A stretch of DNA of 64,000 nt from Callorhinchus milii (Eukaryota), in contig NW_024704742.1 in assembly GCF_018977255.1 (NCBI RefSeq), positions 61,382,001 through 61,446,000 on the forward strand, given 5' to 3'. The stretch's first letter is position 1. Each line of letters begins with the position of its first letter. A model generated the notes under the pieces. It did not search any database and was not told where the DNA came from. It was given only the letters and a program-made list of their open reading frames with translations. Below are positions 12,635 to 24,728 of this stretch, piece after piece. A program made the translations under genes and the position numbers.

Positions 12635-12970
12635 TCCATAATAATCCTTGCATTTGACATAGTGCATTTGACATCAGGACCATGTTTCATAGTGCTTCAT
12701 AGAATTTACTGTAAGTGTAGTGACTGCGTATTTGGAGGCAAACACATCAGCCCATTTGCACACACCAATATTCCACAAACAGCCGTAAAGTAAATGATCA
12801 ATTTTATCTGGGGATTGTTTGCCAGGACACCAGGAGAAACTACCTTCTCTTTTTGAATAGTGCCATGGGATCCTTAATGCCCACCTGATGGATTTAATGT
12901 CTCACTTGAATATCAGCAGCTCTGATAAAGCAACACTCCCCCAGCACTGTATTGCAGTGTCATCCTAGGG
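12635..12970 (-). mobile_element. DeuSINE, 5'-truncated
   Basis: Tail ATAATCCTTGCATTTGA; Deu domain GCCAGGACACCAGGAG...GAATAGTGCCATGGGATC. Confidence 0.85.
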
Positions 12971-13729
12971 TTTGATTTTGTCTAGCTAAGTAAACAGTAT
13001 GCACATGATCAAAGTTGGACCTATTGGTCAGTCTATCTAATTACAAGATACCTTGTACCAATTATGCATTCATGTTCCCGTTTGATTTATTGAAAAACCT
13101 GGCAGGATAGGGCTTGGCAGGACAGTCTACAATCCCCATTTAGTTTTACTGTTGGACAACAAGATGACTGTGACCTACATAAACAGTTAAAGGAATATGT
13201 GCAATGATCAACAAATCTCCAAGGTCTCTTTTCTCACAGTGTCAAAACATATGTTTCTTTTCATCTCACCCAATATTACTAAGTCTGGTCCAAAGCACAA
13301 AGCATTACCATGGGGTTGCTGAACCTCTGCCTAGATAGTAACTTCAGAGATTCTATTCATGTATCATATCCTATTGTGAATAGGACATGACATGATTCCT
13401 GTTAACTGTGAAACTAATGCCTTAGACACACAGCTACATTGTCAGAGATGCCATCCTTTGAATGAAACTTTAAATTGTTCTGTTTGGTTCTGAGCGGCTA
13501 TTCTTGAAGTGGGAGGTAATTTTTTTTCTGATCATGTGGGTGTCTCACCTGCGGAAACCCATCATCATCTTATAGAGAATCTAAACCAAATAGACCATGT
13601 AAACCATCAATGCTTTGAAATTACTTTGTCTGGAAGGTGAAAGGTTAAAGAACTCATGACTGTGTTTGTCATGGTCTTGGTCTGGCCAACAAACCTTAGT
13701 TAATTATTAATTAATTAATCAGATTAATT

Positions 13730-14078
13730 AATCATTCACCTCATAACTATTTGCGGGTCGTTATATCTCCTAAATAGCCCTGAAGTCAATTTTATCTGGG
13801 GGATTTTTGGTCAGGACACCAGGAGAAACTTCCTTCTCTTTTTGAACAGTGCCACAGGATTTTTAACATCCATTTGAACAGGCAGATGGGACCTCAGTTT
13901 AATAAAAAATTCTGCCTCAGTCTCATCTGAAGTATAGCACCTCCAACAATGCACTACACCCCCAGAACTGCACTGGAGCATTAGCCTGGACTGTGAGTTC
14001 AAACCCTCAAAGTGGGGCGTGAGTCCACAACTTGTTGACTCAAAGGTGATTGTGCTACCAGCTGAGCAAGGCTGACAC
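13730..14078 (-). mobile_element. DeuSINE 5' half
   Basis: CAGGACACCAGGAGAAAC...GTGCCACAGGAT...TGCTACCAGCTGAGCAAGGCTGACA. Confidence 0.8.
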
Positions 14079-14524
14079 ATATTCACAAGCGAAAGATATT
14101 TGAGGCATTGTAATTACCTCATCGTTTGCAGTGCCTCCTTGTTGATCAGTAACACCTTAAGTGGTGCTTAAGGGACACATGTGATCCCTCTTGAATCTTC
14201 AGAATCCATATCCAGGAATGGGGGGCGGGGGGGATTAGGGAAAACGTGGTATTTCCAATTGCAGATAACTTCATCAAGAGGATTTACAAATGTTCAATCT
14301 GGAAGGAGAGCCTCCTTGAACACAAATTTACTGTATATTTAAGACTGTTCTGTGTACTTCATTAGCATCTCATCAAAGACACAGCACTTCATCAAAGTAA
14401 TTATTGTTATGGTCTTATTCCCTTTTGACATTATGCCTTCTAGTGACTCTGGTCACGGTGCTTCAGGTTTCTGCATTGTAAAAACAATGGGATAAGATTG
14501 CATCCTATAAGAAACTAACTAAAT

Positions 14525-14950
14525 AAACAAAAACATTACATTTGTATAGCGCCTTTCACATCAAGAGGTTGTTTCAAGGTGCTGCACAGTAAGTGGTTTG
14601 GACCCGATCAGGGGATTGAGATCAGGTGGGTTGAGTACAGGAGGGATAAAGTTAGGAGGGTGACTGAAGACATGGTCAAAGAGGAGGGTCTTGAGACAGC
14701 CCTTGAAGGAAGCAAGGAAGGGAACAAGGCAAAGGGACTGTGGGACAGAATTCCAAAGTGTGGGGGCAGTTAGGTTGAAGGCCCGACCGCCAATGGTTGG
14801 GTGAGCCAAGCAGGGGACACAATAGGCTGCTGAGTGGAGGAAGATCAATAAAGGAGTTAGCAGGTCACAGAGGTAGGGAGGAGCAATCCCGTGTAGAGTG
14901 TTGAAGGCAAGGATGAGGATTTTGAACTCTATCCTCTGGGGGATAGGGAA
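14525..14950 (-). mobile_element. L2 3' fragment
   Basis: The reverse strand encodes PTIGGRAFNLTAPTLWNSVPQSL...FKGCLKTLLFD. L2 tail ACATTTGTATAGCGCCTTTCAC. Confidence 0.9.
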
Positions 14951-15231
14951 CTAGTTGTTTTCCTGCAGATTTTATTAATCAAGATCTCCCAGTACGCCAA
15001 CAGATCAGAGTAAAGAGAAGGTTGAGTCGGAACAGCACTGAGTACAGTCTTTATGCCATCAGTACATTAAGGAACACATTTCTTGTGTTCCTTAAAATGT
15101 TTCTTGTACACTTTAATATGGAAAAGATTTGAAGACATTGCAATCTGTTCAGGAGAATAAAAAGTCAGGTGGCACTTTAAATATTCATTTCAAGATACTA
15201 CACTTGAATTTTCAAAAAGGAATACAGTATA

Positions 15232-15440
15232 TTATAATAATCTTTGCATTTGATATAATGCCTTTTCACACTGGGAGGACAGCTCAAGTGCTTCACAGGT
15301 TTTTACTGTGAAGTGTCGTGAGTGAATATTTGTCAGTGAACACGGAAGCCAATTTGCACACGGGAACAATGGCCCACAAATAACAACAACTTGTATTTAT
15401 ATAGTGCCCTTCACGCAAGAAGTGTCTTGGAGTGCTTAAA
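15232..15440 (-). mobile_element. SINE 3' part followed by an L2 tail fragment
   Basis: ATAATCTTTGCATTTGATATA...; CAACAACTTGTATTTATATAGTGCCCTTCAC. Confidence 0.65.
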
Positions 15441-15459
15441 GTCCTCCAAACTGCCCCTA

Positions 15460-15625
15460 ACTAACCAATATTTGTCTACCTCAGTCTTGAAAAGTCTTTT
15501 GGAGGAGAGAGTTCCAGATTTCCACTACCCTTTGGGTGATAAGCGGCTTCCTGATCTCACTCCTAAATGACCTAGCTCAAATTTTAAGATTATCCTCCCT
15601 TGTTCTGGATTGCTCAATAGAGGAA
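15460..15625 (-). mobile_element. CR1 3' ORF2 fragment
   Basis: GAGTTCCAGATTTCCACTACCCTTTGGGTG...TTTTAAGATT (reverse of the TQRVV.IWN.L motif). Confidence 0.7.
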
Positions 15626-15629
15626 CCTT

Positions 15630-16490
15630 GTTAATAGTGGAACTGCGAGACTGGCGGGGAGTTCATTAGAAAAATCAGTGAGAGGTGACAAAAGCATGAA
15701 TGAGAATTTCAGCAGCATTTTATGCAAGATAGGGGCAAAGGTGAGTAATGTGGTGGGGGTGGAGGAAGGCATTCCTGGTCAGGGACTGGATGTGGGGTAG
15801 AAGGATATCTGGGCATCGAACCTGATACCCCAATTTATTTGTCTTTCTTTAGTTGTGACAACAAACCTACCAACCTTCTGACTGCCTGCTTGTCTGACAT
15901 CAAGGTCTGGATGAGTAACACATTTCTTCAGCTGAATATAGACAAGACAGAAGCCATCCTTCCTCCTTGGCTCCCATCAATGTCTTCTCAACTGCAGTTT
16001 TGAACTCCCTAACTATCCTTTTAGACTCACTGAACCTATATGTAATATTGATGAGAGTTGTCTCAGTACTATGAGCAGGGTGGACTCTTGACTGGAGAGG
16101 CTCAAGAAGGGAATGTGAGAAAAGATGTGAGAAAAGTTGGGTGGTAATAACATGTTACAGGACATTAGAAAGGAAGAGCAGGTTTGAGATTGGCTGCTAG
16201 TTAGCAAAGTTCGACAGATCAAGAGTATTTTTTTCCAGGAGAGGGGTGATAATAAGGTTTTCAGGAAGAGAGGGCTGGTGCTGGAGGAGAGGGACAGTTT
16301 GTCGATGTCAACCAACAGATAGGAAAATAACAGCAGTTGGGAGGTCATCAGTTGGGTGGGGAGGGGATCGAGGCAGCAGGTGGTGGGTTTAATTTGATTA
16401 ATAAAGGCTTTGAGGGATGAGGTAGAAATGGAGCAAATGAATGTAGAGAGGGAGCAGTGACTGTATAAGTAGAAGAGGAAATAGGATCCT
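15630..16490 (-). mobile_element. Rearranged old L2 with an inverted internal segment (15860-16046 on +)
   Basis: Minus strand encodes IKPTTCCLDPLPT...PAHSTETTLIN. Plus strand encodes ACLSDIKVWMS..FLQLNIDKTEAIL...RLTEPICN. Minus strand resumes with a degenerate LG(V/I)RFD.Q-type segment. Confidence 0.8.
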
Positions 16491-16904
16491 TTAACCTTTG
16501 ACAAGAATTGCTATGGTAATAGTATATATAATTGTGTTAATTTAACTGAACACGAGCGAGCGGGTCAGACCATGAAATATAACATTATACTGAAAGCAAT
16601 ATTCTATTTATTTTACCACAAGGATTTCAGGAGTCAGAAAAACAATAATGTTTGAGCAAGTTAGACTGTATATCAAGGCACCCACTGCTATATTTATTAT
16701 TTACACTGACTATTAAAATTATAAATCTGTTTACAAATTGGCTGGAGGGGCTTGCTTTGGATTTTGTTTTAATGCCCATAGAAAACCAATCGATGTGATT
16801 GATGTATCCTTTAGAGCTCAGTCTTGTGCTGTGCTCACAGTTAAATCAAATCCTGAATTACCCCAATGTGTCCCGAATAAAACATCATATTCAAGTCTGT
16901 GAGT

Positions 16905-17330
16905 AGAGACAACAAGAACAATAAATTACATTTGTATAGCGCCTTCCACATCACGAGGATGTCCCAAGGCACTGAAAAGCCAAAAGATTTGAACACTTGC
17001 AGGGGGTTGGGATCAGGAAGAGTGGAGTGCAAGGGTGGTAGGGGTAGGAGGGTGAATGAAGTCGCAGTCGAAGAGAAGCGTCTTGAGACATGCCTTGAAG
17101 GAAGGAAGGGAGCGGGCGAGGTGAACGGCTTTGGGATGGAGTTCCAAAGGGTGGGGGAAGAAATATTGAAGGCCTGACCTCCGATGGTGGGGCAGAAAGG
17201 GCAAGGGAGATGGAACAGGCTGGAGCCTGCTGAGCGGAGGGAGCGGTGAGGTCTATATGGAGATAACAGATCAAAGAAGTATGGAGGAGCAAGGCCGTGG
17301 AAGGCTTTGAAGGCAAGGATGAGGAAGAGA
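16905..17330 (-). mobile_element. L2 (subfamily B) 3' fragment
   Basis: LILAFKAFHGLAPPY..DLLSPY...RSLRSAGS...PTIGGQAF...LWNSIP, followed by the L2 tail. Confidence 0.92.
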
Positions 17331-17359
17331 CAATTGGAAACTCTGGTTGAAAACATTAC

Positions 17360-17782
17360 AAAAATCCAGGCATATGATATAACACCTTATCGTGTTGTTG
17401 AAACATCTCAAAATGCTTCACAGGATTAATTGTAGATTGTAGTAAATGTATATTTTTGTGGGTGGACACAGCTGCCAGAGTCGCACCATAAAGAGCCATG
17501 TAGTGAATGACTAATTTTAACTGTAACATTATTGGCCAGGACATTGAGAGAAACTCCCTGCTCTCTTTGTCTAGTACACAGCATCCTTAACGTCATCTGA
17601 ATAGGCAGGCAGGACCTCAGTTTAATGTGTCATCACAAGGACAGCAACTCCAACAATGCAGCGCTCCACCAACACTGCATTGGAGTGTCAGCCTAGACTA
17701 TGAGCTCAAACTCCAGAACTGGGGCTTGAACAACCTTTTAAATCACAGTCGAGAAAGTATCCAACTAAGCCAGACTGGCACA
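17360..17782 (-). mobile_element. DeuSINE, near full length, degraded
   Basis: Tail, Deu domain (GGCCAGGACA, GGAGTGTCAGCCTAGA) and head all present in order. Confidence 0.8.
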
Positions 17783-18144
17783 TTTCCACAGACATTAGGT
17801 GTCAAATAATGTAAAGATGACAATAACGTGAAGGAAATGATCATAACCAGTTAGATCAAAACTGTTAGATCAAAACCTATAATATTAAAACTCAGCATTA
17901 GCAAAATCTAAAAGAAGTTTAAAGAGATCCAAATGGAAGACACTTTTGTGAAGTGATTAAGATCATATAGCAAAATATATAAAGTATTCAATAATTTGAA
18001 ATGTAGCAATAGTCCATGTAATCTGTGTGATTGGATGTGCTAAAGTCTAATATGTACATATGTTCTCAGAGTTCTAAATTATACAGTCTTCTGTATATTT
18101 TCAAAATAACAACATATATATTTTTTAGTCTTTATAAAGCATCT

Positions 18145-18270
18145 AGCCTGTTTGTGGGACACTGCTGTGTGTAATTCACTTTACAGTATATTCTGTGAAG
18201 CGCTTTGAGAATTCTCAATGACATGATAAACCTCTATATCAAATGCAAGGATTATTAGTATTATTATTAT
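18145..18270 (+). mobile_element. SINE 3' part
   Basis: CTGTTTGTGGGACACTGCTGTG...GAAGCGCTTTGAGA...CAAATGCAAGGATTATT. Confidence 0.8.
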
Positions 18271-18821
18271 AGCATGTAACTACTTTGCTTGGTGCCTGTG
18301 GTAGCTCAGATATTGACAAGCTGGATAAAGGCTATGTATCTTAATTGGGGGAATCTATTAGGAAGATTTTTCCCATGAAAGTGCCAGTGAGTTAATTGAA
18401 ACAATGTGCATGCTGGCAATTGGAGAAATTGGTTCAGTCAGGGGTTAAAGTAAAGCTCATATTGTGAGAGAAACTCAAATAAATATACAGTTGATAACAT
18501 CCACTGATCTATGATCTCTGAAAACAATTTTAATCGTTTATTTCACATTTTTTTAAAGAAACTGGCACAAGTGAAAGTGGGAATGACTTTGTGACCTGTA
18601 AAGATGTCCATACAATGTCACAGTGACCAAGAAGAGGAACTGCATTACTCTCCCTTCCTTGTGGACTTGGGTATATTTTCCATGGTACTCCAGGTTACCA
18701 GCTCAAGCAGTGTTATCTGTCGGTAGCATTAAGACATCTCACATATATGATAAGCCGCTATATCAAATGCAAGGATTATTAATATTATTATGATTCATTG
18801 AGTCAGAAATTTGTGGATCAA

Positions 18822-19350
18822 AGCCCACATCGGAAGGACATCCCAAGGCATTGGATAGATAAGGGTTTGCACCCAAGCATGGGGTTGGAATCAAGAGTAG
18901 GAGTAGGGGTTCGAGTGGGTGCAAAAGGCAGTGTCAAAGAGCAAGGTCTTGAGACAGGCTTTGAAGGAGGCAAGGAAAAGGACGAGGCAGAGGGATTCGG
19001 AGATGGAGTTGCAGAGAATAGGGGCAGAAAAGCTGAAGGCTCATCCGCCAATGGTGGGGTGGGCAGGGCCTGGGACATTGAGCAGGCCAATACCCCCCAA
19101 ACGAAGGGAGTGAACAGGTTGCTATGGGTGTTAAGACATCACAGAGATAAGGAAAGCATGACTGTGGAGGGCTTTAAAAGTGAAAATGAGGATTTTAAAC
19201 CCGATCTCTGGGGGATGGGGAGGCAGGTGAGGAAGAGGGTGATTGGTTCACAGGCTTGGTACGACAGTAGATGAGCTACAGAGTTCTGGATAATCTGCAC
19301 TTTGCAGAGGGAAGAGATGGGGAGACTAGCAAACAGGGAGTTAAATTCAG
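18822..19350 (-). mobile_element. L2 3' fragment
   Basis: The reverse strand encodes NSLFASLPISSLCKVQIIQNSVAHLL...LPIPQR and FKACLKTLLFD. Confidence 0.88.
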
Positions 19351-19799
19351 TCATAATTTAGAATTTGTATTTGTAGTTATGATTGAATTCAACAATTTCT
19401 GGATACTCCAAATAGCCATATGAATAGAATAAAACTAGCCCAATGTGAATTGTATTTCCCACCTGCATCTTTTTTCCCAATGTTCTAGCTAACAATTACC
19501 ACATTTAAGTTTGCTCTGAAATGCTACACAAATAGAGTAAATGTAAAATCCAGGTACAATTTTTCTTCCCCAAGTGCATCCAATAAATTGAGGATACAAG
19601 GAAGAACAGGCACATATAATACAACACACATTGTTTGGAGCTTTTGAGGAACAAAAATGGAATAATAATGGGATGGTAAACAAATACTTCCAGGTTTAAA
19701 TTGAATTATTTATAAGAATATTAAAATAAAACTAGGCTCAAATGTAAGTTTCAGAATTGGCAATAATTAATAAATAGACAGATGGATGGACGGACGGAT

Positions 19800-19995
19800 A
19801 AATACTTGCATTTCATATTGTGTCTTACGCATCTGGAAGCTGTTTCAAAGTGCTTTGTAGGACGATATGCTGTAATCTGTGGTGACTGTGAATTTTGCAG
19901 GTGAACATGGCAGTCAATTTGTGCATGAACAGTACCTCCCAAACAGCCTTGAAGTGAAGTGCTAATTGTATTTGATGATTGTTATCCAGGATACC
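19800..19995 (-). mobile_element. Degraded DeuSINE 3' part
   Basis: ACTTGCATTTCATAT...CAAAGTGCTTT...GGCAGTCAATTTGTGCA...CAAACAGCC...CCAGGATACC. Confidence 0.6.
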
Positions 19996-20749
19996 AGATA
20001 ATATTGGGTGTTCAGTTCATTGGTATTTAAGGGATGTGCAAATTAGCTGTAATGTTCGACGATGCCTACAATAATATATTGTACAAGGACTGACATATTA
20101 GTTCACAAATTGGTTACTCTTCTACACAATAAAAATGTATACTTTATGTGTAGTTTCGAATTAACTACTATAAATTGTGGCTCATGCAAGTTAATAGTTA
20201 GCCAACTTGATGCTTTTCATAGGGACTAGGCAACAGTCGAAATATATGGTAAAATGCCACATGCTCCAGAAAGGATTTCATTATCAGAACATGTTTAATT
20301 ATACTGATAAGGGATTACTACATGACATGTGGACACTAATATTCTGATAGCTTGGAGCTGCCAAGTTATTGTACATGAAGTTTTCCGTTGTGACCTAAAA
20401 TACAATGTACCATCCACAATATTGAATTGCAGTACCATAAATTTAATTAGTACACTTTGTGGAGTGCAATTGCAAACCTGGATAATTGGTGGATTCAGAG
20501 AAGCCTTGCCTTTATCTATATTTGGTTCAGGAATGATTGCTTAGATGTGAACATGGGAAACACAACTACAAACTGAGCTGGCACCATGTGCAGATTCATC
20601 AGTGAGTGACAGCATTTTATATTTCAGGATTGGAAGGAGCAGAAGGATTATGAGTCAGCAATACACTGATGTTCTGTACTCCCCAGGCTATCAGGGTTGA
20701 AAAAAGAATCACTGGAGATATAAATATTGTGCTACAGAAATATAAATAC

Positions 20750-20900
20750 TAAGCTGTATTAATATAGTGCCCTTCACATAAAAGTGAACCCTCTCAAATC
20801 ATTTGTACCAATTGCCAAGCACTGAGATAAGAAATTTAAAGTTGTTGACCAAATGGATGGTCAAAGAGATGTGTTTTAAGAGAGCTTTTTTTAAGACAGG
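20750..20900 (-). mobile_element. Old L2 tail fragment
   Basis: ATATAGTGCCCTTCACA...GGTCAAAGAGATGTGTTTTAAG (reverse of LKTHLFD). Confidence 0.6.
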
Positions 20901-22613
20901 AATAGAGACAGTAAGACAAAATTATTTTGAACGTAATTTCAATAGGAGAGTGATGTAGTTGCTGAAAGAAACTGAAAAGAGGGACAGAAACAACAGAACA
21001 GAAGGGGAAGACAAAGTTGAGCCAAAAGAAAATAATAAATTTATTTTTGTACCTCAGTGATAGGGAGAAATGGCAGGGAAATGGGATCCCCACAGCTTTG
21101 GCATCATGGTTGGATCTGAAGAATTCTTCATTCCATTGTCGTTCTCATTCAAGAAGATTGACATTTAAGTGCGGCTGAACACAGGATAATTACTTAACTC
21201 AATTGGTGTCCTGTGAAGCTTAAATGCCAACTGTACAATCCAAAAATATCGAGCCTGCTACTAAGTAGCAGCAAAATGTTTTGAAATCAGCCTTGGGGCA
21301 AACTATTGTGCCAAAATTGGAAGCGGATGAAGCGGGGAAGGAATTCAGTTCTGTGGTTAGCTTTTAGGAATCTGTAAACTAATGTGATTTTATAATTGAT
21401 CTGATCTGATAATTATTGAATTTGTTATGAAATGTCATTTTTTACCCCAAATTTACAATGTTTCGAGAATAGTTTTATTTTCTAAATATACAACAATGGT
21501 TTAATGTTATATTTTCAATTCAATGCAAGAATAAGATATTTTGAAATACTGTAATGCTGAATGCATAATCTCTTCTGCAGGATATATGCATCATCATCTA
21601 ATATGCTCAACCTGCAGTTTGAGGCCTTTCTGTCTCATAATGAATCAGATATCGATTAAACTCGCTCTTCTCTAACCACAGATCTAAATGACTAATCCTT
21701 TAAAATAGCTATTAGTGCATAAAAGACTTGACCCTCCAGGGACATCCTTGTCTGCATACCAAATGAGCAGGAAAATCAGCCGCTGCCACAGTCTGATGAC
21801 ATTTATTTAGGGTAAACCACTCTTGCAAAACCCTGAGCACACACTGCAAAGCACATTTAATTATTTTTCATTGTCATTTAACTTTCCAAAATTCTGCAAT
21901 ATTTGAAATGTTAGCAATTCCTATCAATTACATTTTACAATATATGGTTAATGGAAAAGTAAAGGATTGTAACAGAATGATAAGGCTTGACTAATGGTCA
22001 TTGCACTTCAGATAATGATCCAGACAGACCCTCACTGTTAAAGTGTTCCATTCAAAGGAGAACTTGCTTTGATATTCAGCATTACAGAAATGAAGACTTA
22101 CAGCAGGCACAAGAATGAAAAGTTAGTCATTTTTTTGACGAGTTCCATTTTTGTGAGTTATATTTTCATTCAGTATTAATTTTAGACACTTAATTTAAAG
22201 GAGCTGAGGATATCTTTTAAGCACCTTGAGTTGAATATCTGGGATTAGTCAACCATCTGTCTGTTGAAAGGAAAAGGTCATACCTATGCTGTAGGCACAT
22301 TTGTAAGATGCATTAAATTCTCTAGGAATATTGGCAAAAAGAAATCGAAAATATTTAACCTTCCTTTAGCTCATGTGAAATATATTTTTCACACAAAGAT
22401 TTTGTTAGATATTTCTTGGAGTTTCTATATAAATGATTTAAAGAAAAACACACTTGTGCATTTGCAAATAGTCACTGCAGTAGAGGTTTGGCAATGCTGC
22501 AATAAAGTACCAGATCCAAAATATGACAAAAATCTCACAGGATATGTTTATTTATGATGCTGATAAATAGTTAACTATCCAATACCTAACAAAGAACTAT
22601 GTGCACATTGGGT

Positions 22614-22652
<39 letters not shown>

Positions 22653-22718
22653 AACACTAACACTAATACTAATACTAATACTAATACTACTACTAATAAT
22701 AATAATAATAATAATAAT
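22614..22718 (+). repeat. Compound microsatellite (TAA)n/(TAAYAC)n, the expanded tail of the adjacent SINE
   Basis: Read directly; contiguous with the SINE 3' end ATAATCCTTGCATTTG. Confidence 0.95.
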
Positions 22719-23019
22719 CCTTGCATTTGATATAGCGCTTTTCACGTCGGGAGGACGTCCCAAAGCGCTTCACAGAACACACTGTAAAGTGAATTGACTG
22801 TATATTTGTGGGCGAACGCAGCAGCCAATTGCGCACAGCAATGTCCCACAAACAGTCGTAGATTGAAAATGACCAATTTATTATTGTTTTGGGTTTTGGA
22901 GGGATTATTATTAGGCGTGTGGAATAAGGAAACTTGCCAAGGTTTCGCCCTGCCTGGAATTGAACTCAGGTCTCTCACTTGCAAAGCGAGTGCTCTAACC
23001 ACTGAGCTACAGGACTCCA
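22617..23019 (-). mobile_element. tRNA-Ala-headed SINE, short form, full length
   Basis: The reverse complement is nearly identical to 6833-7137 and 61746-62058. Probable TSD GGGTTAT at 22610-22616 and 23024-23030. Confidence 0.95.
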
Positions 23020-23274
23020 CAAAGGGTTATGTGTGGCGTATGCAAGCTTCATGTTCACACAAACAAATGCTCTTAAAAGAGGCAGCACAGACATCATTAA
23101 CCAAATGACCTTCTTCTGTTGTATAAATTTCTATGGTTCTGAACACAGAATCAATAAGAGACTTAGTGGTTCATTCTATGATGGCACTTTATGATTTCCT
23201 CACCTCTGTTTTTTATTGCCTGGAGTGATACACTACAAGACAACTACAATGATGTGAAGGTTTTTTTAAAATCG

Positions 23275-23660
23275 ATAATATCCATATATTTCATATAGTA
23301 ACTATAAAAGTCAAAATATCGCAAAGCGCATTCTAAGTAATTGGTGTTAGGTTTAATGACTGTGTATTTGTAGGAAATCATACAACCATTATGCACAACA
23401 AATTCCCTCAAAAGCTGTGAAGTGAATGATCAATGTTTCTGAAAGATTGTAAGTCAGGACATTGCAAGGAATTCTCTTCCCTTTTTTAATAGCACATTAG
23501 GATGTTTAACATACACCTGAACAAACAGATGGATCCTCGATTCAATGTTTCAGCAAAGGACGGAATCTCTGACAATCTGATGGTCAGCCTAGACTGTATA
23601 TTTGAAATCCCAACCAAATACTCGATCCCAGAACTTTCTGACCAACTAAACCAAGTTGAG
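23275..23660 (-). mobile_element. Highly degraded DeuSINE
   Basis: GATGTTTAACAT...CAGATGG...GTCAGCCTAGACTG...ACCAACTAAACCAAG. Confidence 0.65.
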
Positions 23661-23694
23661 ACTCTGTGAATGACTTCTGTAATGTATATTGATC

Positions 23695-24728
23695 CATCCT
23701 TGGCCTCCTCCTCTTCCTAATCTATGCTCCCTCTTGGGGATGTCATCCGCAGACATGGGATACACTTCCACATGTTTGCGGATGACACCCAACTCTATTT
23801 TTCCACCTCACTTTGCAACCCTCAGTCCCCTGATGTTCTGTCAGCCTGCCTGTCAGACATCAGAAGCTGGATGAGCACAAATTTCCTTCAGTTAAATGTT
23901 GACAAGATGGAAGCCATAGTCTTTGGCTCTCGTCAACATCTTAAATCACACGGTTCTCAACTCCTCTGCTACTCAACCTCCCCCTAAAACTCTCCAAACC
24001 CATATGCAACCTAGGAGTCAGGTTCGACCCCCAATTATCTTTCCTCCCCCAAATCCGGTCTTTCACTAGCACAGCTTTCTTCCACCTCCGACGCACCAGC
24101 CGCCTCTGCCAATATCTCACCCCAAAAGCCGTGGAAACCCTGGTCCATGCCTTTGTCACCTCTCGGCTGGACTATTCAAATGCCCTCCTCACTGGTCTCC
24201 CCTCCACTATCATTCATAAAATCCAGGTCATCCAGAATTCTGCCGCCTGCTTTCTTACCCGCACCAAACTCCACTCCCCGATCACCCCAGTCCTTGCCAG
24301 ACTGCACTGGCTGCCTATCCCAGAGAGGATCGATTTCAAGATCCACACTCTTGTTTTCAAATCCCTCCACTCCTCTGCACCCCCCTACCTCTCTGAGCTC
24401 CTCTCTCCTCACAACAGTACCCGTTGCCTTTGCTCCACCGTTTCTGGCCTCTTCCTTGTCCTCCAAATCCTCCGCTCCAACATCGGCGGCCGTACCTTCA
24501 GCCACTATGCCCCGAGGCTCTTGAACTCCCTTCCTCACTCTCCTTGCCTCGTCTCCTTTCTTCCTATTTTCAGGTTTTGGCTAAAGACCTTTCTTTTCGA
24601 CTGCACCTTTGGTCACCTTCCTCCCCCTCAGCCTGGCTTGGCCCTGGGATCCGTTATTGTGAAGCACTCTTGACACACCGTCCCACGTGAAGGGCACTAT
24701 ATAAATCCAAGTTGTTGTTGTTGTTGTT
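23695..24728 (+). mobile_element. L2 LINE (subfamily A), 5'-truncated
   Basis: MLPLGDVIRRHGIHFHMFADDTQLY, RLDYSNALLTGLP, LHWLPIPERIDFKI, LKTFLFD; (GTT)n tail. Confidence 0.95.

Noticed and set aside
17850..17876. 14-bp tandem duplication GTTAGATCAAAAC (similar ones at 35659 and 52250)
   Set aside because: Ordinary local slippage duplications.
22575..22763. Poly-Ile/Ser ORF resembling a transmembrane peptide
   Set aside because: It is the translation of the SINE-tail microsatellite.
22742..23108. Recurring 'conserved' peptides such as MESCSSVVRALALQ and [12 protein letters not shown]
   Set aside because: They recur because they translate copies of the same SINE; there is no evidence of coding.
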